A DNA stretch of 64,000 nt from Sphyrna mokarran (Eukaryota), in contig JAGIQG010000013.1 of the NCBI GenBank assembly GCA_024679065.1, positions 17,360,001 to 17,424,000 on the forward strand, given 5' to 3'. The notes beneath the pieces were generated by a model. The model was not told the DNA's origin, did not search any database, and saw only the letters and a program-made list of their open reading frames with translations. Position 1 is the stretch's first letter; each line of letters opens with the position of its first letter. A program made the translations under genes and the position numbers. Below, one piece after another: positions 13,391 through 25,824 of the stretch.

Positions 13391-13769
13391 CAGAAAGTAG
13401 GACAAATGTGCATTCAGAATACCATTTGCAATACTTAGCGCTGAAAATTAATTGGAACAACAACTGACAAACATAAATCCATCCGCTTTGAGAAAGCCAG
13501 AAATGGATGTGTTTTTCTTCAACAGTTTCCATCCTGTTATTGGCTAAGCCTCTGAAATGACAGGTGTTTGGTCAACACAATAACTACACAGTGAAATCAG
13601 CCATTCTCACCCTGACAGATGCTGGGCTTTTTAACCTTGGAGGAGTGGGGGAGAGATTCATATAGAGATTTAAAGCACTCTTTAAAAGTTAGAATATAGG
13701 TTTTTGTGTGAATTGACCATTGTAAGTTAAGGATCCATCATTATAACTTAAGAATATCTGTGACTTCTT

Positions 13770-13970
13770 GTTCTAGATTGCCCATAAGAGGAAACATTTG
13801 GTTTACATTTACTCTATCAATCCCTTTTAACATTTCAACCTTCTAAACTCCAGCGAGTACAAACCCAAACTACTTAATCTCTCCGCACACTTCAACCCCT
13901 TCATCCCCAGAATGAATCTAGTGAACCTGCTCTGAACTGCCTCCAATCCCACCCACATCTTTCCTCAAAT
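13770..13970 (-). mobile_element. CR1 fragment, inverted relative to 12385-12925
   Basis: cttcttgttctagattgcccataagaggaaacatttggttta is the reverse complement of ~12603-12642. Confidence 0.85.
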
Positions 13971-15358
13971 CAGCTTAAGACAGAAATGCTCTATAAATCA
14001 TGTAGTGTAAAAGCTTAAGACTTCATGTGGAATTATGAAATAAAAGAAATTTGAATTTTATCTATTTGTATGGAAAAAGACAAAAGTATTTTAAACATTT
14101 CACTAATTTTCCAATGTATTCAGCATACAAATTCTAGAGGAAATATAATTCTTGATGATGGAAAGTATTTGCAGAGGGGTTTGTAATGGCTGGAATTGTG
14201 GAGTAATTTATTATTTCACAGGCAGGATGCCTACCTCATGCTTTCTCCTGATCCTGAACAGTCTTTGTGGTTGTAGGCGGGAGGCAGGCGGGTGGGGGGG
14301 GGGGGGGGGGGGAAGGGGGGAGGTCATTGACAAGAAATCAGTGAGCTGTGACCCAAGCCAGGAAGCCTTCTTTGCTTCATTAATACTGGGATGCTTAGTA
14401 TGTTTGCCCTATAAAGGATTGATTTATTGGTGACTTTGTCTTTCCATGTGATGCCAAAGATGCATCGTAGACACCAAAGATGGAAGCTTTTCTCTTGGTA
14501 ATTGTAAGTTGGCCAAGCATTGCTGCTATGAAGCAATATGCCAAGAATTCAAGCCTTACAGATAAGTACCTTAGTTCTGTAGGTCAGTTGGTTGGTTTTC
14601 CTGCACCTGTTTTGCTAGTCAACCAAAGTTGGTGACTGGCTTTCCAGTGCTGAGTTCTGTCAAGAGATAGCTGCCTCTCACTGATAATACAATGTCGCAG
14701 AACTCTGAAATAGTGGCTTGCGCAGTGATGCATTGTTGAGTCAGATCCCAGGTAGAGACACAACATCCTGAACCATAGATACACCCGTCTTGATTCTGAT
14801 GGTGAAGGATTACATCACACGAACATGGATCAGTCCTTGAGTTTTGGCGCTGGTATGAGCAACAAATTCAGCGTCATCAGCACACAGACATTCTCTTATC
14901 AGAGTATGCTGCACTTCAGTCTTGGCTTTCAATCTTTAAGGAGTTTTCCCCTAGGTTGTGTGTACAGCTGTCATAGTGAGAAGATTGCACCTGCCGGGAC
15001 TCTGCCTGCTCCGAATCCACACTGTGCCTCCAGGAATATTCTGCTAGTTAGTTAATGCAGCCTCATTACAATGAGTCTAGCACAGCCCCTTCCTGTGATA
15101 CTGAAGGATGAGGTGTCCCAGTAGTTGTTACAATCCTGCCCCTCCGACACCTTTGTTGGTGTATAACATAAAGATGTTTGTGTCTTCACGTCCTGTGGGA
15201 CAGAGCTTTCCTTCCAGCAGAGGAGGAGGAGGTCATGGAGGGATGACAGCAAGTATAGCTTTCCACACTTGAGCAACTCACCTGGTATTCTGTCCTTTTC
15301 AGATATATCCTTGCTACCAGGGGGTCAGTAGCCTTTTTAAACTTAAGTACGGAGGATT

Positions 15359-15565
15359 CAATAAGAAATTTCACAACACTAGGTTAAAGTTCAGCAGGTT
15401 TATTTGGTATCATGAGCTTTCGGACCACTGCTCCTTCATCAGATGAGTGATGAAGAGGGGCTCTCTGAAAGATCGTGATTCCTAATAAACTTGTTGAGCT
15501 TTAACCTGGTGTTGTGAAACTTCTTACACTGACCATCCTAATCCAACGCTGGCATCTTCATACCA
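15359..15565 (+). mobile_element. Short palindromic Penelope-type element (inverted pLTR plus tail) with hammerhead motif
   Basis: Imperfect inverted arms, tail ...tccaacgctggcatcttcatacca, TSD cggaggatt (15350-15358) / tggaggatt (15566-15574). Inserted in the RTE element. Confidence 0.8.
15410..15446 (-). ncRNA. Minimal type I hammerhead ribozyme motif
   Basis: tcat-CTGATGA-a-ggagc-agt-ggtcc-GAAA-gc-TC-atga. Confidence 0.65.
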
Positions 15566-16129
15566 TGGAGGATTTGGCATCAAGTCCATACATGGCAGAT
15601 AGCTGTACAGGCAGAGAGATATCAGTCTCATTGGAGTTATAGCTCAAAGTGGTGCTCTATCCAGGAGACCGTTTGCTTGTTCCTGTTCGTGAATATCATC
15701 GTACCTGCAGATTTTATAGGATTGGTGATGGGGTGACAGACTGCTCTTTTGATACCATCATATAGAGATTGGTATTGTCTTTAGCAGCTGTATTTCTTTG
15801 CATAGATTGATCAATATTTGTTCTCTCAGTACTTTCCTGTTTCCGGATAGCTGCCTTGGCTAACATCAGATTGTCGTGTGCGTTAGAATTAGGAACCAGG
15901 TTGTAAGCCAGCTAAATGCAGCTAGCTCTCTGCTTCAAGAGCAGTAATGATTTCTGCAAGGCAAGTCTTGAAACTATCTTCACTCCTGTATCTTCCATGG
16001 CCAGGCGATTTGCTGAAAATAGTGCAGACCAGGTTTGACAGCACAGCAACATTAGAATTCAGCTCCTCGCAGTCTTTGCTCACTTTGAAACAAAAAATAT
16101 TCCAAGATTTATTTAACTTCATCAGTCTT

Positions 16130-16430
16130 CTCAGAGAACAGCATTCTCTCTTCCATCTTCTTCCATTGGGAAAAAAGTACTAAAATCTGAGGTCATGTAC
16201 CAAGCAACTCAACAACGTCTTCTTCCCTGCTGCTATCAGAATTTTGAATGGACCTACATTGCATTAAGTTGATCTTTCTCTACACCCTAGCTGTGATTGT
16301 AACACTACACTCTGCACTGTCTCCTTTCCTGCTCAATGTACAGTATGCTTTATCTGTATTGTGCACAAGAAACAATACTTTTCACTCTATGTTAATACAT
16401 TTGACAATAATAAATCAAATCTTTATTAAA
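16130..16430 (+). mobile_element. LINE 3' end (Rex/L2-like); same family as 39000-39370
   Basis: Shared gatctttctctacaccctagct...gtaacactaca...aagaaacaatacttttcactctatg. Confidence 0.7.
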
Positions 16431-16560
16431 TAAAATAATCGATAGAGTAACAAGACACTTGAAGATGGTTGACATGGTTGATCTGAGGCTCTGAGAAGTA
16501 GGTTTCATTATATTTGTGAAAATCAGTCAGAATAATCAGAACTTGCATCATTTTTTGCAG

Positions 16561-16650
16561 CCCTTGCAGAAGAAAGATCAAACTGAGTATTCGGACCTTG
16601 CATTGAAGAACAGGAACCAGGACACAGAGGCTGGAATTAGAGCAAAACGG
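16561..16650 (+). CDS. CD247: CD247 exon 4 (rest of ITAM1)
   Basis: ttttttgcag|CCC...CGG|gtattt, 90 nt. PLQKKDQTEYSDLALKNRNQDTEAGIRAKR completes YQPL-x7-YSDL. Confidence 0.9.
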
Positions 16651-17115
16651 GTATTTTCTTTTAACCTTCCTTTCGCAAAGCAAAAATCAATTCTAGAGAA
16701 AGACAAAAGTACATTTTTTTTTAATAACCAGAATATTAAAAAAGCAATGTTGGATAAATATTGAGGTAACAATTTCTGGGATGCTTAGGATTATTTGCAA
16801 TTGTTATTTACACAAGAGTACAAACTGTATCAGGGAACTCTTCAGGCAGCCTCCTGGGAATCTCTAGGCTTGAGTCCCACTCCACGACATGGTTGGCCAT
16901 TAAGTATCAATTTGCAGGTCACTGAATACACATTAATGGTGGGTGGTAAGAATGGGAGAATATCCTGGTCAACCACGTGATGTAAAGAATTTTGGAGCCT
17001 CCGCCATTACCATCCATTGATCCAGACCACAACATGCATGTAAAATCGCATGTTGCTGTACTCCCTGAGTGAACTGTAGCACAGCAGCGCCACAAACCAT
17101 ACTCATGGGTATACG

Positions 17116-17313
17116 TGATGTAGAGATGCCACCATTGGACTGGGGTGAGCACAGTAAGAAGTCTCACAACATCAGGTTAAAATCCAATAGGTTTATTTGG
17201 TATCACCAGCTTTCCGAGCACTCACTCACCTGATGAAGGAGCAGCGCTTCGAAAGCTTGTGATTCCAAATAAACCTGTTAAACTTTAACCTGGTGTTGTG
17301 AGACTTCTCATTG
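17116..17313 (-). mobile_element. Short palindromic Penelope-type element, second copy (tail on the left)
   Basis: Tail tgatgtagagatgcc..ttggactggggt; arms cagtaagaagtctcacaac / gttgtgagacttct. Confidence 0.8.
17226..17262 (+). ncRNA. Minimal type I hammerhead ribozyme motif on the CD247 sense strand
   Basis: tcac-CTGATGA-a-ggagc-agc-gcttc-GAAA-gc-TT-gtga; stem I 4 bp, stem II 5 bp. Confidence 0.7.
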
Positions 17314-19119
17314 ATAGACAGAAGAGGAGAAGCATTCAAATTTCTATCTGTGAATCTTCTAAAATCTTGAGAAGGCATTTTAGGAATTGTGGTTACAGGA
17401 AGTTGTTTGGTGAACTGAAAAAAAATCAAATATGTCACAAATAATTCCAGTGCATCATTTCCATGACTTTCCAAATAATTTTTGTTCAATTTATTTTATG
17501 GGACGTGAGTGCCACTGGTTGGATCAGCATTTATTGCCCATTCCTAAGTGCCCTCCATTTTAGAGGGTGTTTGAGAATCAACCACATTTCTGTGAATCTA
17601 GACTAGATAAGGACCAGATTCCTTCCCTCTAAACTATGGTCATCATTAGACCTTTAATTCCAGATTTTTATTGAATTCAAATTTCACCATCTGCCAAGAT
17701 GGGATTTGAACCCTGGTCCCAAGATTTTGTTCTGGATCTCTGGGTTACTAGTTCACTGTCTCTTCTGTGCACAATTCGATGAATCATTGTCTCCTAGTAA
17801 GATAGTAAGTAAGAGTGCTCAGTTGTCAGCATAGGATAATCTGCAGATCTGATATATACCTTTGCAGACTAGGCCTTCTCAAATTTCCAGCTGCATTCTG
17901 AAACAAATCCTTCACAAGATTCCAGCAATGGAAGCAATAATCATCTCTGTAGCCCATCTGGAAGAGAAAAATCTGGTTCTTTGAGCTTCCAGATCTTGTT
18001 TTAGTCCATTAAGATCCTGTAACACATGAAAATTTCAGGCTAAGGTGCAAACACACTGAACACAAATGTCTTCAAATAAGAAATAATCACAGCTTTTGAC
18101 AGGGCCAAAGCAAAGGGGTTTTATTCCATAATAACAGAAAAAAAGATTCGTAATGATTCACAGGCAGTTCTTATTTGTACTGAGATATACTTTGCCTACA
18201 TAGGTAATATTTATCTATGAGCTCTAAGTGATTTTAGACCAGTTACAGCATCAGCTTTCAAAAAAATCTTCCTTCAATGAAAGGCACTGGGAAGCAACTG
18301 GGGACAAAAATCCTTGCCAAAGTTCAGAGGGAAAATAGACCAGAGTGAATGTGTGAGAGAGTGACAAGCAGTTGATGAATGCACTGACAGTTCTCGATGG
18401 AGGCCAGAGGAAGGGATCCAGATGAATCAGAGAAGCTGAACAGTCGTTATGGAGGCAAAGGCAGCAGGAGAAAAGTCCAACCTTTCTACTGAGCCTGCAT
18501 TCACTGAGGTGGGCTGAACAACGATGAAGCAGGGGATGGATTGTTCAAAATATCAGGTGGCAAGGTCAGAGGAGATTGTGAAGATTGGTAAGAGATGAAA
18601 TTGGAAATGGAGGCGAGGTCAGTTGTAAGTAAAGAACAACGGATCTAGAAATAGGATATCTGGCAAGATTTACTGACGTTCAAGATTTTTGTCACTGAAA
18701 GGTAGAAAAGCAGGTTTCTGCTCTGTGCCAGTAGAGATTAATGATAATACAGAAAATGCAAATTGAAGAATTTATTTCCTTTAATGTGTTCCAGTTGACA
18801 AGTCCAAAAAATACATCTGAAAATCAATTTTAAAATATTGGTACAGATGACAAACGGGGGACAGTCTCACAGTTTCTTACTTTCAGCCATCTTGTCAATT
18901 TCAATTCCTTTCACTAGTAAATTCTTGAGTATTTCAGTGTTGAACTGCATGCGTATATCAAGAGTGGAAAATTTATAAAAAACAGACATTAGACACAAAA
19001 AAAATCAATACTAGGTGGTGCACACCCGACCCCCCTATCTAACCACAAACCACAGTAAGGGGGGAATGTACGTCACGTACATCTGGGGAAGACAGGTAAC
19101 TATAGTAACAATGACATAG

Positions 19120-19560
19120 AACATAGAACACTATAGCACAAACAGGCCCTTTGGTCCACAAATTGCGCTGATCATATCCCTACCTACCAGGCCTATCTAT
19201 AACCCTCAATCCCATTAAATCCCATGTACTCATCCAGAAGTCTCTTAAAAGACCCCAGCGAGTTCGCCTCCACCACCACCAACGACAGCCGATTCCACTC
19301 ACTCACCACCCTTTGAGTAAAAAAATTACTCCTGACATCTCCTCTGTACCTACTCCCCAGCAACTTAAACCTGTGTCCCCTCGTAGCGACCATTTCAGCC
19401 CTGGGAAATAGCCTCTAAGAATCCACCTTATCAATACCTCAACATCTTGTAAACCTCTATCAGGTCATCTCTCATCCTTCGTCTCTCCAGGGAGAAAAGA
19501 CCGAGCTCCCTCAACCTATCCTCATAAGACATGCCTCCCAATCCAGGCAACATCCTTGTT
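19120..19560 (-). mobile_element. CR1 LINE 3' end
   Basis: TRMLPGLGGMSYEDRLRELGLFSLERRRMR, TRGHRFK, FFTQRVV; (acataga)n tail. Confidence 0.92.
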
Positions 19561-19971
19561 GACCTGGATTTTAACCTGAGGTCGACTGCTGGGGGCGTGT
19601 GTGCTGGAGGGATTGGCTTAGGAAGCAGTTTTACAGAAGGGGAAACCAAGAAGAATGGATTTCCTGAATATATCGCAGAACATCATTACTAGAATCCTTT
19701 AACTGAGATTCACGTTCGGAAGTAGCCAGATTGATAGGCCCGAAACCTTTCCAGCAGAAAGTCTCCTGCACAGGGCTGAAGAGCAATGGTTGCATTGGGC
19801 AGGCCTGATTGTGGGCAGGGGGGAGGGAGATATGATGGTTTTGATGGTCTTATTGGGAGGGCACAGTGCACACAAATGGTGGGGACTGGGGAAGAGTATT
19901 GGATTAATTTATTATGCCTGAAAGAAACGCTACTGCTCTTCTTGACCCAAAGCAAGGCAATGAAGTCACTT

Positions 19972-20200
19972 ACAGTTTATTTATTAGTCAGGCTTATATT
20001 AACACTGCAATCAAATTATTGTGAAATTTCCCCAGTTGCCACACTCCCGTGCCCGTTCAGGTCAATGCACCTAACCAGCACGTCTATCAGAATGTGGGAT
20101 GTAGCTGGAGCACCCACAGGAAACTACGCAGACAGTGACCCAAGCCGGGAATCGAACCCGCTCCCTGGCACTATGAGGCAGCAGTTTTAACCATTGTGCC
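19972..20200 (-). mobile_element. V-SINE
   Basis: Same family as 5128-5477. Confidence 0.8.
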
Positions 20201-20534
20201 AGAGTGCTGCCCCCGGATTCAGTCCCTCTCACCTTATTTGAGCTTCTGAGATTCCTGAAGCCTGGGAAACCTATCAGTCTTTGATAGATTGATTGGTAAA
20301 GGCACATCGCTTCATTATAATACTTAAATTATCACCTGATTCCTGTGAGTGGATTGGTCGCTCGCCTGAACGTTGGCTATTCCAATTCCTGTTCTAGATT
20401 TTACTTTTTATAAAAGTAAAAGGATTATGCTGTCCCAATGCTATAAAATAGTCTATTTTTACCTACAGCAGTCCTTTAACCCAAAGCATTCCTCACCATG
20501 TCTCATGAAGGAGAGAAGAAAAATATTTTTTTCA

Positions 20535-20945
20535 TAAGAACTAGGAGCAGGAGTGGTCATCTGGTCCCTCGAGCCTGCTCCGCCATTCAATAAGATCATG
20601 GCTGATCTTTTTGTAGACTCAGCTCCACTTACCCACCCGCTCACAATAACCCTTAACTCCTTTACTGTTCAAAAATCTATCTTTGTGTTAAAAAATTTCA
20701 ACAAGATAGCCTCACTGGGGAGAGAATTCCACAGATTCACAGTCCTCTGGGTGAAGAAGTTCCTCCTCAACTCAGTCCTAAACCTGTTTCCCCCCCCCCC
20801 GCCCCTTATGATAGCACTACGTCCCCTTGTTCTAGCTTCACCTGCCAGTGGAAACAACTTCCCTGCTTTTATCTTATCCAATCCCTTCATAATCTTTTAT
20901 GTTTCTCTAAGATCCATCCTCCTTCTAAATTCCAAGAAGTGCAGT
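20535..20945 (-). mobile_element. CR1 LINE 3' end
   Basis: RRNFFTQRTVNLWNSLP. Confidence 0.9.
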
Positions 20946-21596
20946 CTGAGTTTCAAGTCAGCTTGAGTAGAAATGAATGTAATTTGAAGGTGTGAAAAGT
21001 TACAGCTAAAGTTGAGGACAACATCAGTTAAACAGGAAGCGAACAACAAGCACCATGTTCTCTTTCATTAATCATGAATGATCTGAAATGTTAAACACTT
21101 GATTGTGACTCACTTTGACTTCTGAATCAATGCAACATATTGGCCGATTGCCCTTAATTATAGGAAAGAGGCGGCTGCCGTTGTTAGTCCTTTGTGAGCT
21201 GCAAGGAGCCAAAAGGGCATCCTGATGAAGTTCACAGCAGTAAGGCAAGCCAATATCGGACTGTCCTAGTTGGCAGTGATGTAAAAGCAGGAATTGGTTA
21301 TTAATGCAGAGGTGGATCTTAAAATGAGACAAAATTACAGGCTTAACTTTGCTGGGTACGTTTTGGTTCTATCACCCCTACGTGCACACTACAACCATCT
21401 CTAACCAAAAATTGCACATTACAATCCTAATAATCCTGCGTGCACATTCGAAGGGACCTGCTATCGGAAAGTTGCAAGTACTATAGTACCTCTTATGGTA
21501 GCCATGGAGTCAACAATGTCATTTGCTGCATGTATTGTATCAACTTTGTAAAACATTGCTGATAAATATATAACATTTTGTTTTTTTTTAAATCAG

Positions 21597-21638
21597 AACC
21601 AAAGGAAAGATTCTGCTAATCCTAATGACACCTATTCC
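21597..21638 (+). CDS. CD247: CD247 exon 5 (start of ITAM2)
   Basis: T-rich tract then aatcag|AAC...TCC|gtaagt, 42 nt. NQRKDSANPNDTYS (human QRRKNPQEGLYN). Confidence 0.9.
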
Positions 21639-21894
21639 GTAAGTAGTTTATGTTCTGGGAAATTACTATGCATGCTGCAGAATTTATTGCCCATATAGCC
21701 CTTTCATCAGTGTATCTTTACCTCTCAGTTAAGCGATATTAATAATAGCACACACACTTTGAACTATTAGTATTTAGCTGGCACTAAGTTGAATATCCGC
21801 CATGGAATTTGACTGGCTTGAAATGACCATGTTCTGCTGAATTGTGAATAACATGAGAAGCAGCAGAAGCTGCTTGCTAGAAATAGACCAAAGG

Positions 21895-22410
21895 ACCATA
21901 AGAATTAGGCCACCCGGCCCATCGAGTCTGCGCCACCATTCAATCATGGCTGAGTATTTTTCTCATCCCCATTCTCCTGCCTTTACCCCATAACCCTTGA
22001 TCCCCTTATTAATCAAGAACCTATCCTCTCCACTCAATGACCTGGCCTCCACAGCCTTCTGTGGCAAAAAAATTCCACAGATTTTGAAGAAATTCCTCCT
22101 CATCTTTGTTTCAAAGGATCGTCCTTTTAGCCTGAGGTTGTACCCCCTGTTTCTAGTTTTTCCTACTAGTGGAAATATCCTCTCCACATCCACTCTATAC
22201 AGGCCTTGCAGTATCTTGTAAGTTTCAGTAAGATCCCTCCTCATTCTTTTAAACTTCAACGAATACAGACGCAGAGTCCTCAACTGTTCCTCATATGTCA
22301 AGCTCTTCATTCCAGGGATCATTCTTGTGAACCTCCTCTGGATCCTTTCCAAGGCCAGCAGATCCTCCCTTAGATACGAGGCCCAAAACTGCTCACAATA
22401 CTCCAAATGG
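21895..22410 (-). mobile_element. CR1 LINE 3' end
   Basis: HLEYCEQFW...LERIQRRFTRMIPGMKSLTYEE. Confidence 0.92.
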
Positions 22411-22944
22411 TTTAAATGTAAGCCCAAGTAGTGGGAGATATGTGCAGGATGTGACCAAACAGAATATGTTTCAATTCTGATATAAATAAGTACAAAATAT
22501 TTTGCAAGTTGTCGAATTTAGTTCAAATCTCATTCCGAGTACTATGGAATGTAATAGAGGCTGGGAATTCTGGAAGTGCGGTGAATGTTGGTCCTATTGA
22601 TTTGAATTTTTATTCTGCTTTCTGGCTGGCATCCAACTACATTGAGAGGTTGGCTGGCCTAGCAGGTGGGAAGGCATCAGGTGGTAGGCTATAACTGCTG
22701 AAGGGAGAAGTGATCGTAATGGGGAATTAGGGTTCAAATGTGGTTTGGGAGGTTAATCACTGGGCAGGAAGCAGGTGAGCTTGGGGATGTCTTCCTGCTC
22801 TACATTCAGTGTTTATCTCTGATGGAACTCATCCTCATCTCTGTTTAACTACAGGGTTTTCGGAGTCCTGTGAAACCCACTCTACAGACATTAATGTTAA
22901 AATTTGAAACCTGCAGTCTTATTAGCATATTCAGATGTCATTGA

Positions 22945-23400
22945 GGAACAGTTGAGGACTTCGGATCTGTACTTATTGGAGTTTAGAAGGATGGAGGTGG
23001 GGGGAGGTGCGGGATCTTACTGAAACTTACAAGATGTTGCGAGGGCCTGGATAGAGTGGACGTGGAGAGGGTGTTTCCACTAGTAGGAAAAACTAGAACC
23101 ACAGCGCACAATCTCAGACTAAAGGGATAATCCTTTAAAACAGTGATGAGGAGGAATTTCTTCAGCCAGAGACTGGTGAATCTATGGAACTCTTTGCCAC
23201 AAAAAGCTGTGGAGGCCAGGTCATTGAGTGTCTTTAAGACAGAGATAGATAGGTTCTTGATTAATAAGGGGATCAGAGGTTATGAGGAAAAGTTAGGAGA
23301 ATGGGCAATGAGAGAAAAAAAATCAACCATGATTGAATGAATCAACCATGAGCAAACTCGATGGGCTAAGGGGCCTAATTCTGCTCCTATATCTTAAGGT
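22945..23400 (+). mobile_element. CR1 LINE 3' end, same subfamily as 21895-22410, inverted
   Basis: RRNFFSQRLVNLWNSLPQKAVEARSLS..DRFLINKGI. Confidence 0.92.
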
Positions 23401-23799
23401 TGTAGATAGTGCGAGCTTCTTGTGATCTGAATCCTTTGCCAATGAAACTGCAAGTGGGCTAATCGAGGCAGGATTGGATTGGGTAAATCTTTTAAATTTT
23501 AATCCATCTGCTCTGCTCCAAAAACCCAGTTAGCCCGAATGATGGTAACACAATTCCCCATCAGCTTTTAAGACAATCAGCTGTGCAAGTCATCCACTAG
23601 GTGTCACAGATGAGTACAGCATATACCAGTGAATGTCTACATTGTAATTTTTTTTATTACACATGAGATTTGTGTAAATTTGTGTAATAACAAGCAAAAC
23701 CAACTTGTGCTTGTTTTATGCATCCCTTAATGACTGCCTTTTAAAACTTCTTTCATGGGATGTGGGTGTTGCTGACTAGGCTAGTAGTTCTATTTATTG

Positions 23800-24405
23800 G
23801 CCAAACAGGGGGCTTGAGTTTAAGAGCCAAGGGATTATGCTCCAACTATACTGGACATTGGTGAGACCACATTTGGAATACTGTGTTCCATTCTGGTTAC
23901 CTCACTATAAGAAGAATGTGGAAGCATTGGACAGAGTGCAGAGGAGATTCACCAGGATGCTGCCTGGTTTGGAGGGTAGGTCTTATGAAGAAAGGTTAAG
24001 GGAGCTGGGGCTTTTCTCTTTGGAGTGGAGGAGGATGAGAAGCGATTTAATAGAGGTTTATAAGATGATGAGAGCGATTGATAGAGTGGACGTACAAAGA
24101 TTATTTCCTTGGGTGGATGCAGCTGTTACTAGAGGGCATAACTATAAGGTTTATGGTGGGAGATATGGGAGGGATGTCCGGGGTAGATTCTTCACTTAGA
24201 GTGGTTGGGGCATGGAATGGATTGCCTGCTATGATAGTGGAGTCAGACACTTTAGGAACCTTCAAGCGGTTATTGGATAGGCACATGCAGCACTCCAGAA
24301 TTATAAGAAGGGGATAGCTTGATCTTGGGATTGGACATAGTTCACACAACATTGAGGGCCGAAGGGTCTGCACTGTGCTGTAATATTCTATGTTTCTATG
24401 TCTAT
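23800..24405 (+). mobile_element. CR1 LINE 3' end nested in another LINE 3' end (23750-24630)
   Basis: LVRPHLEYCVPFWLPHYKKNVEALDRVQRRFTRMLPGL; (ttctatgt)n tail. Confidence 0.92.
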
Positions 24406-24689
24406 GTTTGCATGCTGATTTAATTGCCCTTACGAAAGTGGTGGTGAGCCACCTTCTTGAATTACTGCAGTTCACAGGTACACACATAGTGTTAATAGGA
24501 AGGGAGTTCTAAGATTTTCACCCAATGTCAGTGAAGGAATGGCTTTACAGCTCAAGTCAGGATGGTGTGTAGCTTGGAGGGGAACTTCCACATGGCAGTG
24601 TCCCAATGCGTCTGCTGCCCTTGTCCTTCAAGGTAGAACTGCGTTGATTTGTAATTTAACGAAATGTTTAAAACTTATTTTGTTCACAG

Positions 24690-24749
24690 AAACTGAATCC
24701 CAAGAACAAAAGTGAACCTTATGGTGAACTGAAACCAACTCAGCAGCAG
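24690..24749 (+). CDS. CD247: CD247 exon 6 (rest of ITAM2)
   Basis: ttttgttcacag|AAA...CAG|gtacag, 60 nt. KLNPKNKSEPYGELKPTQQQ completes YSKL-x8-YGEL. Confidence 0.9.
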
Positions 24750-25204
24750 GTACAGTGAACATACATTGATTCATGCATAGTGATGATGGTAACTTCCTAT
24801 AAGTAAATTATAAATGGTACTTCCACTTGCACTCAGGATTTGTTCAACAGTGCTCCATGGTAAAAGCTACTTAACCATGCCGAATCCTGGATTTCTATCA
24901 ATGCCTTTTGTACATATGTGAGAAAATAAATAAGTTTCTATCAAAGTATAAGAACTTCAGGAGCTAAGAAGTTATTATAGTGAAAAGAAGATAGTTTTAG
25001 TTTATTCAGTTTATCTCACCAACTGAATAAATATCACACATATGAATGGTCTAAATCTCCAGTACAAATGACATAGAGATCACTGTCTCCAATGTAGATA
25101 GTGTAAATTTTGTATACCACTTCATTATGTATGCCACTATTAATTTTTCTCAGTCACTGCACGTTAGCAGATCTTTCAAATCTAGGAAATTCCAGATAAA
25201 AGAT

Positions 25205-25610
25205 CACAGAATCCCTACAATGCAGAAAAGGCCATTTGGCCCATTGAATCTGCACCTGACAGAGCATCTTATCCAAGCTCTCTCCTCTGTCTTTTCCATC
25301 TAAACATTGCATGTTATTCTTTTTCAGATAACAGTCTATTTTCATTTTGATTGCTTTGAATCTACCACAAATTTCATATGGCTAATCCATCTAATCAACA
25401 CATCTTGGAACACTAAGAGGCAATTTAGCATGGCTAACCCACCTAACCTGCACATCTTTGGACTGTGGGAGGAAACCAGAGCATCTGGAAAAAAAACCCA
25501 TGCAGACACAAGGAGAATGTGCAGATTCCACACAGACAGTGATCAGAGTCCGGAATTAAACCTGGATCCCTGAAGCTGTGAGGCAGCAGTGCTAACCACG
25601 TTGCTGCCCC
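25205..25610 (-). mobile_element. HE1-like V-SINE with CR1-derived tail
   Basis: tRNA-like head at ~25550-25608, V core, tail cacagaatccctacaatgcagaaaaggccatttggccc. Confidence 0.8.
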
Positions 25611-25824
25611 AAACAGGCTGTGATTAACTAGCATATTAAAACCTGAAAAACAGCATTGAGCAGAACTATCAAGACCAGGGCCACAAATTATGTCTTTATG
25701 CACCAATAATTCTCAGCATACTATTTGCTTTGTGTCACTGAAGAAAGGACTTATATTATTAATAGGATGCTTTCAATATCACTGTGGATGCTGGAATAGA
25801 GGATGAGAGAAATTGCAACTTAAA

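Larger units (their letters stand above)
14320..16120 (-). mobile_element. Decayed RTE-clade LINE
   Basis: SFHLWCLRCIFGITWKDKVTN, RRLPGLGH, YLGS, LCADDA (catalytic-site remnant), CWKESSVPQD, DCNNY. Confidence 0.85.
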
